From the human T2T-CHM13v2.0 reference genome, Homo sapiens, in the NCBI RefSeq assembly GCF_009914755.1, contig NC_060940.1: DNA of 64,000 nt; one strand, given 5' to 3'. Below the pieces are notes generated by a model. It worked only from the letters and a program-made list of their open reading frames with translations, made no database searches and was not told the DNA's origin. Both the position numbers and the translations under genes were made by a program. Below are positions 16,857 to 31,385 of this stretch, in pieces. Each line of letters opens with the position of its first letter. The first letter of the stretch is position 1.

Positions 16857-17054
16857 GGCTTTTCCCTATAGCACAAATCATGTTATGTTTGTATTTTTCC
16901 ACTTCCATCTCCTCTACTGTTTGTGAACTTCAGTGCAGACCCTGAACTAATTGCTTTTCAAAGAGCAATTTATCTTAGCTACTCTCGTGAATAATTAGAG
17001 TGCTCAGATGAGAATCTTACTGATATCTGAGCTTCAGTGGAGGAGGAAACTGGG

Positions 17055-17317
17055 AGTGGTATAGCTTAGTATCCTTCCAACAAAAGCTACAGTTGGACTG
17101 CCTGATTCAAATCCTAGGGCCCTCACTTACCAGCTGTGTGATCTTGGGCAAGCTACCTTGCCTCTCTGAGCCTCAGTTCTCTCACTTGTAAAATAGGGAT
17201 AATAATAGATGTACATTTTTGGTCTAGGAAATGTACAAGAAGATACAAGAAGTACATTAGCTAAAATGTACATCTTGCTCATGGTAAGTATTTATCTGCA
17301 AAATATTAGCTGTTATT
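17055..17317 (+). mobile_element. MIR with rearranged middle
   Basis: MIR core 17100-17207 and 3' end (atggtaag...attagctgttatt). Confidence 0.7.
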
Positions 17318-17410
17318 GAAACACTTTATTAAGAAGTAAAAATAGAGACAGCTTAAGTTTCAGGGCTCCATAAAGGATCCCCTGATTCCCACTCTGGGGC
17401 ATTTCATGCA
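17313..17410 (+). repeat. ~98-bp direct repeat, copy 2
   Basis: Matches 16761-16856. Confidence 0.9.
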
Positions 17411-20400
17411 ATTGTCCCCATCAACCTTGGTGCATGGTAATACTGAGAGACACTCAACAGACATGAAGGAAAATCATGGAACCATCTTTAGATGGGACTC
17501 TAAAGGTCACTTGTTCCTGGTTCCTATCCTCTTTCCACATAAACTTGTTGTCTGCCCTCACTTTAACGATAGAAGCATCAAATGACTGCATTTTACTAGG
17601 TGAGAACTAAAATGTCCTGAGTATCTCCTCTGTGATAGGCACCCTACTGGGTAATTTTAAATTCACTGTCTCATTAAATATCCCCCAATACCATAAATGG
17701 TAGGCGTTGTTATTCTCATATTTGCCAACAAGGAGACTGAGGCACAGAGAGGTTACACAGCTTTCCAAAGGTCACACAGCTTGTAAGCAGTACATCTGAG
17801 ACCAAATCCCAGGCCTCTCTGCCTTCAAAGCCCTTGTGTCTTTCATTATATCCCATTGCCTTCAGAAAAATAAAATGAGTTTTGCCAAGCTGAATAATAG
17901 CCTTTCTTCCTTCTAGAAATGAAGGTACAGTAGTCAGAGCTTGGATTTCAGTAGAATGTCATTTTTAATGCCCTCTTCTGACCCCATTTAAAACCTCTCT
18001 CCTACACTCTCTACTTCCCAAAAGGCTAAAGGAGTAGTTAATAAAGCAGCATTACCCTGTGTGACACCTTCCTCAATGTAAGGATCAAAATCCTTGGTCC
18101 CTAGAAAATAACCTCATAAAGCAAGTCTCCCTCTGAAACCAAGTGGATAACAAATGACCTTTCATCCATCCATTCTTTTCAGCTCCTGCCTCAGTTTCAG
18201 TCAAATGGCAACTTCTCCTGGCAAGGGTCTTTCTGGAACCTGCTCTGAGCATACCCAATTCTTTCAGTAGGAGATAAGGATGCCCGGAGAAGAGAGTGTA
18301 GACATTTGAGTCAAGAGGACTTCAGTTCCAGCTTTACTGCTTTTGGTCTATGCAACCTCGGAAAAGTCACTTGTGTTCTCTGAGGCTTATCTGCAGCTTT
18401 AGGGATCACTTTATTTCCAGCATAGGCTTATTGAAACCTACCAGGTGTCAGTACTCTGCTGGGTATAGAGATTTGGTGGTGAGTGAATACAGTCCTTGTC
18501 CTACTGGAAAGATCCCCTTTGCTCATTACGGTAGAGTTAGGAAGAAGAGGAAGAAGAATCACACTATTGAGCAACTAAAATTACAACTGAGCTAAGTCCC
18601 ACAGATAGAAGTCACATCATCCCTTGAGAATGCATAATAGGAAGACATGATTAGGTCTGGAGGATTAGTTAAGATCCTAAGGATGATTAAGAGCCAGAAC
18701 AAGGTAGAAAGCATTCCAGGTCAAGGAAATGGCATGTGTAAAGGCCCTTTCTTGAAGGGTCATCTGTGAAAGAAATGAAATGACACACAGAGCACCTAGT
18801 ACAGATTTTGAGAATAACACACTTTTATTTGTCTTATTTCCCTTTGTCCAAGGCCTTCCCTTCCTCCATATCAGAACAGACATAAGTCCTCTTGATGCTC
18901 TGCCATTGGGATGGAGTAATTCCAGCATGGGATGCCATGCATACATTTAGATAAATTAAGGTTTTGTTTTGTTTCTCTTTACTGTTATCCTCTCATCACA
19001 CAAACATGGAGACATGCTTTTTTACCACGTAGTTTTGGAGGGTATGTTTGGAACGGATTTTACTTAAAGTATAGGTGATGTGGCATGTAGGGAATTTTCT
19101 GTGTAGGATATGATATGGGGGACATCTCAAAGAGAGAGTTAGTCAACCATCAGATAAACAGAGACTGACACATAGCCAGAGGACAACATGTCTGCTGATT
19201 AGGGGAGATCATCATATGTACTAAAATGCCAGGACCAAGGTCACAACTGTGGTTTCCAATATGAACATCCAATTGTAAGTATGTCAGAAGGGCAGGCATC
19301 TACAATTGCAGGGGCTAATTTGTGATTCAGCTGCTTCTCATTAGGGCAACTCTACACAGCAAATTTCAAGACGTGGAGCAGTAGGTATTTTTTTTTTTCA
19401 TAATCATTTGCCGTAGGCATTGTAGCTAATTATGAATGTGTCATAGCCAAAAATATATTAACTTATTTATTCAACAAATATTTGACTGTCTAATATGAGC
19501 CAGTTCCTGTGTTGAATGTGAAGGATGCAGAGATAAAAAGATACTGTCCATATCCCCCAGGAGAACACAGTCTAGTAGATAATGAAGGCATTTATCACCT
19601 ATAAAAAGTGGATGCCAGGCTGGAAAAAAATGCCTTTTCCACAATGGGAAAAAGGGATTTCATAGACAAGTGTGGTTCCCTGTGTCTGTGAATTGGTGCC
19701 AGGTTAGATCCAGTAGAATCAACCTGAGACTTTACTAAACACAAACAGTAGAGATTCCTTGACATTACCTCCTAGAAATTCTCATTCAGTAGTACTGAGA
19801 TGAGGTCCAGCAATCCATATCTTTGACAACCTCTTTACACGTAGCTAGGTTTGGGAATCACAATTGAGCCTTGCTCCTATAGACTATTATGTTGAAAGAC
19901 CAATGGATTTATGGTCAGATTGACCAGAGTTCAAATCTCACTCTACTCATGTGTGCAGTTAGAAAACAGTCCACAAGACTGCCCTCACTGTGATGCCAAC
20001 TACAGCGTTTAGAAATCCCTAAGACCAACCTTCCTTCTGATACCAATTGCAATTTCCGAGATCTGCAATACTACTCTCAGGATAATTTTCCAGAAAGACT
20101 CAAAGGACTCTGAACGTTGTTATACTCACAATTATGATTTGTCATCGTGAAAGGATACGGATTAAAACTAGACAAGGGAAGAGATGCACAGCCCAGAGCG
20201 CAAGCAAGTTCCAAATGTGGAGTTTCCAGTTGTCCTCTCTCTGTAAGATCATGGACAGAATGACTTTTCCCAGCAACAATGCTTGACCATACACATGGAG
20301 TATTACCAGCCAGGTAAGCTCACTCAGGCTGCCATGTCCACAGTTTTTACTGAGGCTCGATAGCATGGGCCTGGTTGACTGCCCGTGTGACCAATCTCAG

Positions 20401-20639
20401 TCCCTAGCCACATCTGGAGGTTGAGCTGATACTGTGTGACTCAAAGCCCCTACACTAAATTACATTATTAGAATAATGGCTAGTCTCCACCCTAAACCGC
20501 ATTGTGTGACTGAGGCCCCCAGGCAAAGAAAGACACTCCTATCATGCATGACATTCCAAGGGCCTAGAGGTCCTCTCCCAGAAGATAAGGGAAAAGGCCG
20601 TATCTCTTTTCAAGCAAGGGTAAATTCTATTTATTTTTA

Positions 20640-20896
20640 ATTAATCAATTTTTTTTTGAGACAGGGTCTCACTTTGTCACCCAGGCTGGGGTACAGTGGC
20701 ACCATCTTGGCTCGCTGTAACCTCTTCCTCCTGGGCTCCAACGATTCTCCCACCTCAGCCTTCTGGGTAGTTGGGACTATATGACCCGCTAATTTTTTTT
20801 TTTTTTTTTTTTTTTGTAGAGATGGGGTTTCTCCAGGTTGCCCAGGCTGGTCTCGAACTCCTAGACTCGAGTAATCCACCCACCTTGGCCTCCAAA
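20640..20896 (-). mobile_element. AluJ, partial
   Basis: gagacagggtctcactttgtcacccaggctgg...ccttggcctccaaaa. Confidence 0.85.
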
Positions 20897-20902
20897 ATTT
20901 TA

Positions 20903-21232
<330 letters not shown>

Positions 21233-21349
21233 GAGGCAAGGTCTTACTATATTGCCCCTGAGTGGTCTCAAACTCCTGGGCTCAAGCAATCTGCCCTCCT
21301 CGGCCTCCCAAAGTGCTGGGATTACAGGCGTGAGCCACCACGCCTGGCC
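21233..21349 (-). mobile_element. FLAM-C/AluJ left monomer, remainder
   Basis: ctcctgggctcaagcaatctgccc...gagccaccacgcctggcc. Confidence 0.8.
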
Positions 21350-22842
21350 CAGGTAAGGTGAAATTCTTTACTACATACCATATGACTAATGATAACTTCC
21401 TTAGCTCCTTGGAGCTTCAGTTTACCTACCTATAAAATAAAAATAAAGATAGCACCTCACATGACTCTTAGAGTAATAACATGAGATAGTGGATTGGAAG
21501 TCCCAGCACATGACAATTGCTTCAAATGGTATCCATGACCATGGTGATGATGACAATGTTGAGGAGAAGGAAATGCTGAAGGTTTTAATGATGTTGCTTA
21601 GAAAGTTTTAGAGTGAGGAAGGATACTGGGTAGAAGGCACATTTTCGCCACTCCATCTCTATCCTTTTTTGTACAACATTCTAAAAATCCTCATAGCCAC
21701 TGCCAGGAGGCTGCTCAGAAAGCTTCCCTCTTTATCTTCACTTCACATAACTGTCCCCAGAAACCATTTGCTTATCATGTTTCTCCTCCCCATATTTCAG
21801 TGACGGCTTATGCAACAAAGGCCATCTCAGAGAAACATCGTCGTCTTGCACTTCTCATAGAAATTTTGTTCCCTTTCACCAGCCTAGGCTATCACAGCCC
21901 ATTATTCAGGCCTACACAAAGGAAGCCTTAATGGGACGCACTTGGCAGAGGGATTTTTTTCTGAATAGTGTCTTTCTGTTGTTTTAAATGGGTCTCAGGA
22001 ACAGTTTCAAAGCTTCTCATTCACTGACATGAACAGGCTCGAAGACAGTCTCTGTCTCAGCTGTTTCCAGTCTTCTCTCCAATGAGAGTAAAACCCTATC
22101 AACTTCTAACACCCCTTCCTTGTGGCCCACAGGAGGCCCAGAACCCTGACCAGCGAGCAGAGCCCCAACTGAGACAAATGAACCCCCCCCACACACAATG
22201 CCCTTACGCTGCAGAGAACAGCTCCACAAATAACAAGAAGCCCTCCAGAGAAAGGAGAAGGGCATAGAGGAGACACGACCAGCTTTGGAATTCAGACAGG
22301 GCTGGCTTCCTAACAAAGTTCTCCAAATAACTCACTGTGTGGTATGGCCAGATCCCTTCAGCTTTCTGAGACTCAGTTTCTCCATCTGTCAAACAGCATG
22401 GTTCATAGCATTGTGCTAAATGTTTTCCATGGAAGATCTCGTTTGATCCTCACACCAGATCTATGATGAGGCAGGTAGTATCACTACTCTCCTCTTCTAG
22501 ATGAAGACTTTGGGGCTGAGAAGTTAAATGATTTTCCCAGAGTCACAGCTGGTTACTGGTGGAATCAACATTTGAACCCAGGACTGTGAGATTCAATACC
22601 CTTTAGTTCCCACCTTCACCCATTTTTTTTTCATAATCTATGACTTTTGTTAATTCTTAGAGATTATATAACAATATTGGGCCTGGCCATCAACTGGAAT
22701 ATGCTACCCAAACCCCATTTTAGGCTCTGAACCTACAGGGCTTTTGATCAAGGCCAGTAGGAATGCCGAAAAGAAGTCAAAGAAAAATGTTGTTATTAAC
22801 CAACATGTCCAAATGGAAGATCCTCAAACTGACTTTATGTTT

Positions 22843-23170
22843 CTATATTAATCAGCATAATTAAAGTTAGCTGTTATATCAGATCAACCCTGAGATCTCA
22901 GTGGCTTAACACAATAAAATTTTATTTCTTATTGACAAAACAAGATGTTCCATGATCCACAGCCTCCATGGTTGCTGTGGCAGAGCAAGGGAGTGTTAGG
23001 AAGGTCACCTTGCTCTTAAGTGCCGCAGCCCACAAGTGATGTCTGTCAGAACTGCAACCTGGCAACATTCTCACATTTCATTGGCCAACACAAATCACAT
23101 GGCCCACCCTGGCCACATGGGAGGATGGAAAATGCAGAAGGAGGCGCAGATATTTGGGGTCACTAACAGA
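22843..23170. mobile_element. Old MaLR LTR (MLT1K/L-like)
   Basis: atctcagtggcttaacacaataaa...tctcacatttcattggcca...aatcacatggcc. Confidence 0.55.
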
Positions 23171-23592
23171 TCCGGCCCCGAGCTCCACGGAAGTCCTTTG
23201 ATTCTGTCATAACCTGGCTTATCTTGAGCCTTCAACTCAGCTAGCATTTTTATTCTCTGTATTATTTGGAACCTGGTGGATGGAGCCCTTGGTGCTGAGA
23301 TGCCCTTCAAAAGAGTTAAACTGCACATAAGAATACCACAGTAGGTTATACAAGGCCTCTAGCTCAGGAGGGACGTTCAGTCCAGGGCAGCGTAACTCAG
23401 CAGCTGGGATTTCTGGAAGACTGGTTCCTCTTGGATCAAGTCCCAGCAGCATGTGCTCCCATCCATATCCTTAGATACATGCCTGCCTGTCATCTGGCCC
23501 CTACATGCTCTCTAGGTGGTGGTAGCAGAATGGGGATCAGAATTGGGAAACAGGAAGAGAGGTGGACACTTTTATTAGAAATGAATTGCATG

Positions 23593-23691
23593 GCCCCACT
23601 GCCCTACCACCCCGAACACCTGAACACACCCGATCTTGTCTGATCTCAGAAGCCAAGCAGGGTCAGGCCTGGTTAGTACTTGGATGGGAGA
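23593..23691 (+). pseudogene. 5S rRNA retropseudogene, 3'-truncated at ~nt 90, tailless
   Basis: taccac...tgaacacacccgatcttgtctgatctcagaagccaagcagggtcaggcctggttagtacttggatgggaga matches 5S rRNA; 16-bp TSD agaaatga[a/g]ttgcatg at 23577-23592 and 23689-23704. Confidence 0.93.
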
Positions 23692-26149
23692 AATGAGTTG
23701 CATGCATCTTTACTCACTGTGAGAACTGGAAGAGTCTTGTTTTCTTCAGAGGGTCCCAGGAAGAGGAGATTCCCATGGTCACAAACTCCTGGCCCTCTGT
23801 GGCTGATTGCGTGGCTTGCGCTAGGACTCACATACCATTCTGAAAGAAGCAGCCCAAAGCTGACAGCATTTCTTAAGGAAACAACAAGTCCAAGGTGACA
23901 GCTGGATAATTTCACCCCAAGTCCACCTTCAGAGTTTCTCCATTCTACAAGCAAAGACAGGCAGAGGGTCGAGCGAGGGCTGAAAATGCACTTGGAGACC
24001 TCGTCTGGGGACCTTGGTCTTGTTCTTTTGGAGATAAAAATCCAAGGAAAGAGGGGCATAAAAGCATGTCAGCTGAGCTTCTGTTGTCAGGAGACTGACA
24101 ACTGGGAAGTCTTTCTGACTTCCCAAATTTTTAGGATTCTTTCTTTTAGCCAAGGGCAAATGATTTGCATTAAAAGAAGAAAAAATAAGAAAATATGATT
24201 TATAGAAACTATCAGACTCTCCATAGGGACATACATTTTTATAAAGTTTCTGGAAAGCAGTTTGAAATATATATCCAGAGGTCTAGAAATGTTCTTACCT
24301 GTTGATGTAGTAGTTTTACGTCCAAATATTTATCATAAGGAAATCATCACAAATGAAAACAAATTAGGCCTATCTAAGGATGTTCAAGAAAGAATTATTT
24401 GTATTAATAAGACTTTGGAAATAACCTACATGTCCAATAGGAGAATAAAACAGTAATTATGGCATATCCATATGACAGTATTATGTAGCTGTTGGAAATA
24501 ATGCTTTGGATCCTTTTTATGATGTAGCCAATCCTTACCCGAGCCTTGCAACTTATGAGCTGTGTAAAAAGCACGTGCTAATGAAATAGGATGGCAATAA
24601 CAGCATTCAAATGTTAACAGTAATACGTGGAAAGATTGTGGTTTATGTTGTATTTCATTCCTTCTGTTTGTCCTTATCTTCCAAGTTTCTTTTCCAATAA
24701 ACATACATTGCTTTTATAATATTAAAAAATAGCCAATAAAAACCAAACTTTTTTGGATTGGATGAACCTCCTTAACTGAAAAAGACAAATTCTTATTTTG
24801 GATCTTTAAGTTTCAAAAGTAATGGATGCTTCTGCAACGAAGGGGCTGATTGCACAAAAGAAGCTTTCCTTTGAAAGTGATGCTGAGATGTTTTAGCAAG
24901 AATGTCTGGGAGCCATGGGCATAGGATTTTTCTCTTCTTCTCTTCTAAGTAACAGACTAGCCTAGCTGGGCTTAAGGACTGACATTGTGGCTCAGGTTTT
25001 CTTATATCCACTTACAAACTCAACAATATGTATTTAGCATCTGCTATGTGCCAGATTTGGCCTAAGCCCCTGAATTTCAAGTAAGCCATAGACAAGTTGC
25101 CTTTGTCCCTAATAATAAAGTGACTTGTGCATTCCCCATGAGGTTACTTAATCAATTATATGGCCCAGTACAATTATTTTTGTGCACTTCACTTAGTCAA
25201 TTAATGTTAATTTTGGGGGTCGCTGTAGTACAGTGTTCTCAAACATTAGAGTACATAATGCTCACTTAGTAATTGCTAAAAATCTGTATCTCTGGGCCAG
25301 TTTTTTGAGATCTTGATTTAATGGTTATGGGTAGCTTGGAAAGCCCCTTTTAAACAAGCGCCCCAGATGAGTGATGTGAGTTGTCTTGAACCATACCTGA
25401 GAAACTCTACACTGAATAGGCTGAAAAAAGAAAAACAAAAACAAATAGAACCTTCCCTATAGAAGCTTGTAGTCTAGAGGGGCATATGAGCAACTGCTGA
25501 TGCGTTAGAAAAATTTTAATAATATGAAAATAACCACAGCATAAAAACAATAAAATAATAGCTATCTTTAAGACTTACTATGAACCAGGGATTACATGAA
25601 ACTCTTTAATTATTCCATTTAATCCTTGTAACTGCTCTGTAAGTTAGGTGTTATGACTCCCATTTTAAAAATGAAGCCCAAATTAATTTACCCACAGTAC
25701 ACAGTCGATATATGGTGTATCCAAGATACAGCCTCAAGGTTTCTAATGCAAAAGCTTGTGTTCCCGCCTGCACTGCAGATACAGTATGGTGATGAATGAT
25801 TCTTATTAGCCATTCCAAGAGCATGGGAGAATCTGAGGGCCCTGGGGGAGACTTTAGGAGAATGTGTCAGATTCCTGGGCTGAGACTTGCAGATGAATGA
25901 AGGCCTAGAAGGGAGAGCCCGGGTATGAAACAGCCACAGAGCCTGGCCTATGTTTGGGAGGCTGCCAGAACTTGGAGATGGCTGTACAGCAATGAATGCA
26001 GTGTAGATGCAGAAAACAGAACCTAGAAGACGTGGCAGGATCACAAAGGGTTTTCAATTCCTTCTTAGAAGATTTGGATCTTGTACTACAGACAATGGGA
26101 GCAGGAGAGTGGAAATCGGTAGTTTTCAGTTTTTGAAGGATCACTTTAT

Positions 26150-26945
26150 TTGGAAAGAAGACACAGAATTATCATTGTTTATAGGCAATATGATTATCTA
26201 GCTCATGAAAGGCACCTGAAGAAATCTTAGAACTAATGAAAAAGGGCAGCAAAATAGCTACACAAAAAATAAATACAAAAAGTCAATATATTTCTTATAT
26301 GCCAGCAATAAGCAGTTAGAAAATATAGTGGAAAAATAATCCTCTTCTCCCATAGCAGCAAAATAGTTTTTTAAACCCTTAGGGAATAAACTTAACTGCC
26401 TGAAAAAAAAAACTACCAAATTTTACTGCAGAACATTAAAAAATACGTTGGTTTAATGTAGAAACATATTATGTCCTTAAAAGGCAAGGCACAATATTAT
26501 AAATAGGTTCTCTCTCAATTAATTACTGGTTTAATGCAATTACATTATCAATCCCAGTAGGACATTGTTGGGAAACTTGACAAAATGATTCTAAAACACA
26601 TATGGACAAATAAATAGGTGAAAAAAAGCCAAGAAAATTTAAGAAAGTTAACAAAGTGAGATTATAATATGTTTAATATCTGAGAGTGCTAGGGGAGCAA
26701 TACATTTAAAAGTGTGGCACTATTTCAAAAAGAGACAGATTAATGGAACAGAAAAGAGACTAGTGACAGAGGCAATATCACACACACACACACACACACA
26801 CACGAAGGTAGCAAATGCATGATAAAGGTGCCTTTTTAATTGGTGTGGAGCATACGGATTGTTTAATCTATAGTGCTTGAACAACTGGCTAAGTATTGGG
26901 AGAAAAAACAGATAGCTCCCTACTTTCAGCAAAACACCAAGCAAA
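26150..26945 (+). mobile_element. Old L1M ORF2-region fragment with (CA)n at ~26779-26802
   Basis: L1-like A-rich text (ttcttatatgccagcaataag...acttgacaaaatgattctaaaa...atggaacagaa). Confidence 0.65.
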
Positions 26946-27859
26946 ATCGCTAGTGGCTGAGCTTGCTGTCCTCTCGTATAACTCGCTTCCTCCAGCCATC
27001 CGTGTTTAGTGCAACGGTCAACAGCATTCATTACAGTGACGTAATTTCCTGTTTATCTGTCTTCACAATTAGACCATGAACTCTTCAGAGACCAGCAACT
27101 TTGCCTTATTCTATATGCATCCCCTAAAATATAGTAAGTGCTCAAGAAATGCTGTTGTTTGAAAGGGCAAATGCACCTTTACACATTTGCCTCTTTATGG
27201 ATCAGAAAGTCTATGAGGCCAGGATGGCTTCCTATTACCATTCTCAAATCCTGGGAATCATTCTTCAAATATAACCCTCAACAAATATTAGTGGAGTGCA
27301 ATAATTACTATCACATTAACAGCTGTTTCCATTTTCCCCAACTTAAGCTTTTGTGTGTTTTTTAAAAAAATCTCAGCTATTGCTCTTTTGTTTCTTGGGT
27401 GCACTTTAATTAGGGTGCAAGAGGCACTGGAGGAGAAACCATTTCAGTATCTCAGAAACGTTCATTTATTCTTTTGTTCAGCAAATATACATTGAGCACC
27501 TATATGTGCTAAGCAGTGTTCTGAAGCCCAATGTTTGGGCCTACATTTGGGCAGCTTTCCGTGTATTATTTTAGGTCTTTCTCTATTTTCTGACTTCAGA
27601 CAGTTGCTAGCATTCTTGAGTCATGTCTATGCTGTTGTTGTTGTTTCTTCTTGGGGCCATGAGAAAGAAGACAATCACTAGAGAAGTTCTCCAAGCAACA
27701 GTAATCTCCACTTGAAATGGCCTTGTCTAGAAATTGCCTTGGTGAGTCTGAAGAGACTTTCCTCCTTCAGCTGGACAAATGCTATTGATCAAAGCCTAAG
27801 ACTCAGGTGGGAAATGCCAGTGCAGACAAAGTGAGATTGGTTCCTACTCTCTCTCCTTT

Positions 27860-28129
27860 CTCACTCTGTCACCCAGGCTGGCGTGCAGTGGCACAACCTC
27901 GGCTCACTGTAACCTCTGCTGTCAGGTTCAAGCTATTCTCTTGCCTCAGCCTCTCGAGTAGTTGGGATTACAGGTGCTCGCCACTATCCCTGGCTAATTT
28001 TTGTGTTTTTAGTAGAGACGGGATTTTACCATGTTGGCCAGGCTGGTCTCGAACTTCTGACCTCAGGTGATCTGCCCACCTCGGCCTCCCAAAGTGTTGG
28101 GATTATAGGTGTGAGCAACCACACTCAGC
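27860..28129 (-). mobile_element. AluS lacking 3' end and tail
   Basis: tcactctgtcacccaggctgg...gtgagcaaccacactcagc. Confidence 0.88.
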
Positions 28130-28268
28130 GATGCTACCTTTTAATCTGGTGAATATTTAACCTCTTCTCCCCATTCCCACCTGAAAATATTTTTTAAAAT
28201 TTTGCTTTCTGGGGTATTTGACTCTACGTTTTAAATACAGACCTTTAATTATAATTATTCCCACATGA

Positions 28269-28653
<385 letters not shown>

Positions 28654-28676
28654 TTTTTTTCTCTTAAAATTAGTTT

Positions 28677-28842
28677 GTCTTCCTTTCCTTCCCTACTTTT
28701 TCTTTCTTCTTCTTCCCTCCTTCCTTTCGCCCTCTCTCCCTCCTTTCCTTCCTTCCTTTCCCCCTTCCTTCCTTCTCTCCTTCCGTTACTCTGTCTCTGC
28801 CTCTTTTCCTCCTCCCCTGCCTCTCATACTCCCTCTCTTCCT
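28677..28842. repeat. CT-rich polypyrimidine low-complexity tract
   Basis: (CCTT/CT)n-like composition. Confidence 0.85.
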
Positions 28843-29200
28843 CAAGACATTAGTTTGGACTAAGCAAAGTGGGCAGGCAAGTGGTGAGGGGGCAACAGCC
28901 CTTGTTTGGGTAGAGCCCAGAAAGGGAGGGAGACAGTAATGGCAGGAGATTGGTGATGGGACAGGGTTAAGACAATTGCAATATTTGAATTGATCCATGG
29001 ATTAGACAGCAGAAAAGCATCAATGCTAATTTCCTGATTTTGATAGTTGTACTACAGTTATTTAGGAGAATATATTTGTTGTGGGAATTACCAAAATATT
29101 TGGGAATAATGGGGCATTGTGTCTTCAGTTCATTCACAAATGGTTCAAAAACTTTTATCAAACTATTTCTTCATTTTTCCTCTGTGTTAAAAATTATTTT

Positions 29201-29335
29201 GGCTAGGTGCAGTTTATGCCTCCAATCCCAGAACTTTGGGAAGCTGAGATGAGAAGGATCACTTGAGGCCAGGAGTTTGAGACCAGCTTGGGCAACACAG
29301 GGAGACTCCATCTGTACAAAAAATTTAAAGAGAAA
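29201..29335 (+). mobile_element. Alu left monomer (FLAM-C-like)
   Basis: ggctaggtgcag...gagactccatctgtacaaaaaa; aaaattattt on both flanks. Confidence 0.8.
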
Positions 29336-29374
29336 ATTATTTCAAAATACGAGGTTCAAAAATATTTCATTTTT

Positions 29375-29875
<501 letters not shown>

Positions 29876-30365
29876 TCAACTATAAAGTGAGAGTAACATT
29901 AATGTCAATCTCCAAATCTTTCTTGAGTATTAATAAAATAAACCATAGGAAATGTTTATCATACTGGCTGATGCAGAGAAAGCTCTGATTAGTGGTAGCC
30001 AGTTAAAAGCTGTCATTACTAACGTTTTCTACCAAATCAAATTTTCCCAGGTAGAATTTTGCATGTCTAAACTTTGTCAAGAATATTTTATTCTTCCCAC
30101 AATTTTTAGTCAACAATAGGCTTTACCGTGTACCGTTTTAGCAGCTGTCAGTTTTATTTTCTGTTAATCATTATACCAAGTCTAATTTTTTCCTTGGGTG
30201 ATTTTTTTTTTGTAGATTTCAGTATTGTCAAAATGCTGTGACTTTTTTCAGTCAGTTTTCCTGCTATAACAAATTTTACTCTGTGCAAATTTAACCGTTG
30301 TCAGTCTTAGTTTGTGGTTGTGTATTTCTATGCGTAGTAAGTATTATGAATTAGGTCAAAGACTA

Positions 30366-30771
<406 letters not shown>

Positions 30772-31259
30772 AAGAGTCACATTGACAAGGCATCAAACTT
30801 GCCCTGAATCCAACTACTCACGTGTGTTGTAGAGTAGGGAACTGCAGCACTGGGTGAGTTACTTACCTTCAAGGCTCCTTCAATCCAAATATTTTAGATG
30901 CCTATAGTAAAGTCCACACAAATGTAGCAACGCTTCAGTGAGAGGAAATTGATTACTATGGAAACAGCCCTGGCTTAGAATCCAGTAGCCTTGGTCTTAG
31001 ATCCCGGCTCTGTCTACAAAGCCCAAGCAAAATGGCAATGGGTAAGTTACTTGATCCTTCAAAGATCTAATACCCTCAGTTCCAAAATGGGAGCATTGAG
31101 GGAGATAATATATGAAATGTGTCCTTTCTGGTGCTGGGCAATAGGTGTTCAACAATTGAAAAGTCCTTGAATAAGAAAACACCCTGAACAGTCACAGTGA
31201 TGGGGTTGAGTGACGTAATACTGATGACTAAAAGCCCTGGACTCACTCTCTTCAATAGC

Positions 31260-31385
31260 ACTTTCTATGTCTAATATTGTTTCCACCAGCCACGTGAGGC
31301 TATTAAGCACTTGAAATGTGGCTAGTGTGATTGAGGAATTAACATTTTAATTTAAATTAAATTAATTCAAATTTAAGTAGTGCAA
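31260..31385. mobile_element. MER3/MER33-like hAT-Charlie fragment
   Basis: agccacgtgaggctattaagcacttgaaatgtggctagtgtg. Confidence 0.6.

Noticed and set aside
23593-23691. Functional 5S rRNA gene
   Set aside because: Truncated, mutated, single copy with a TSD and no terminator; it is a pseudogene.
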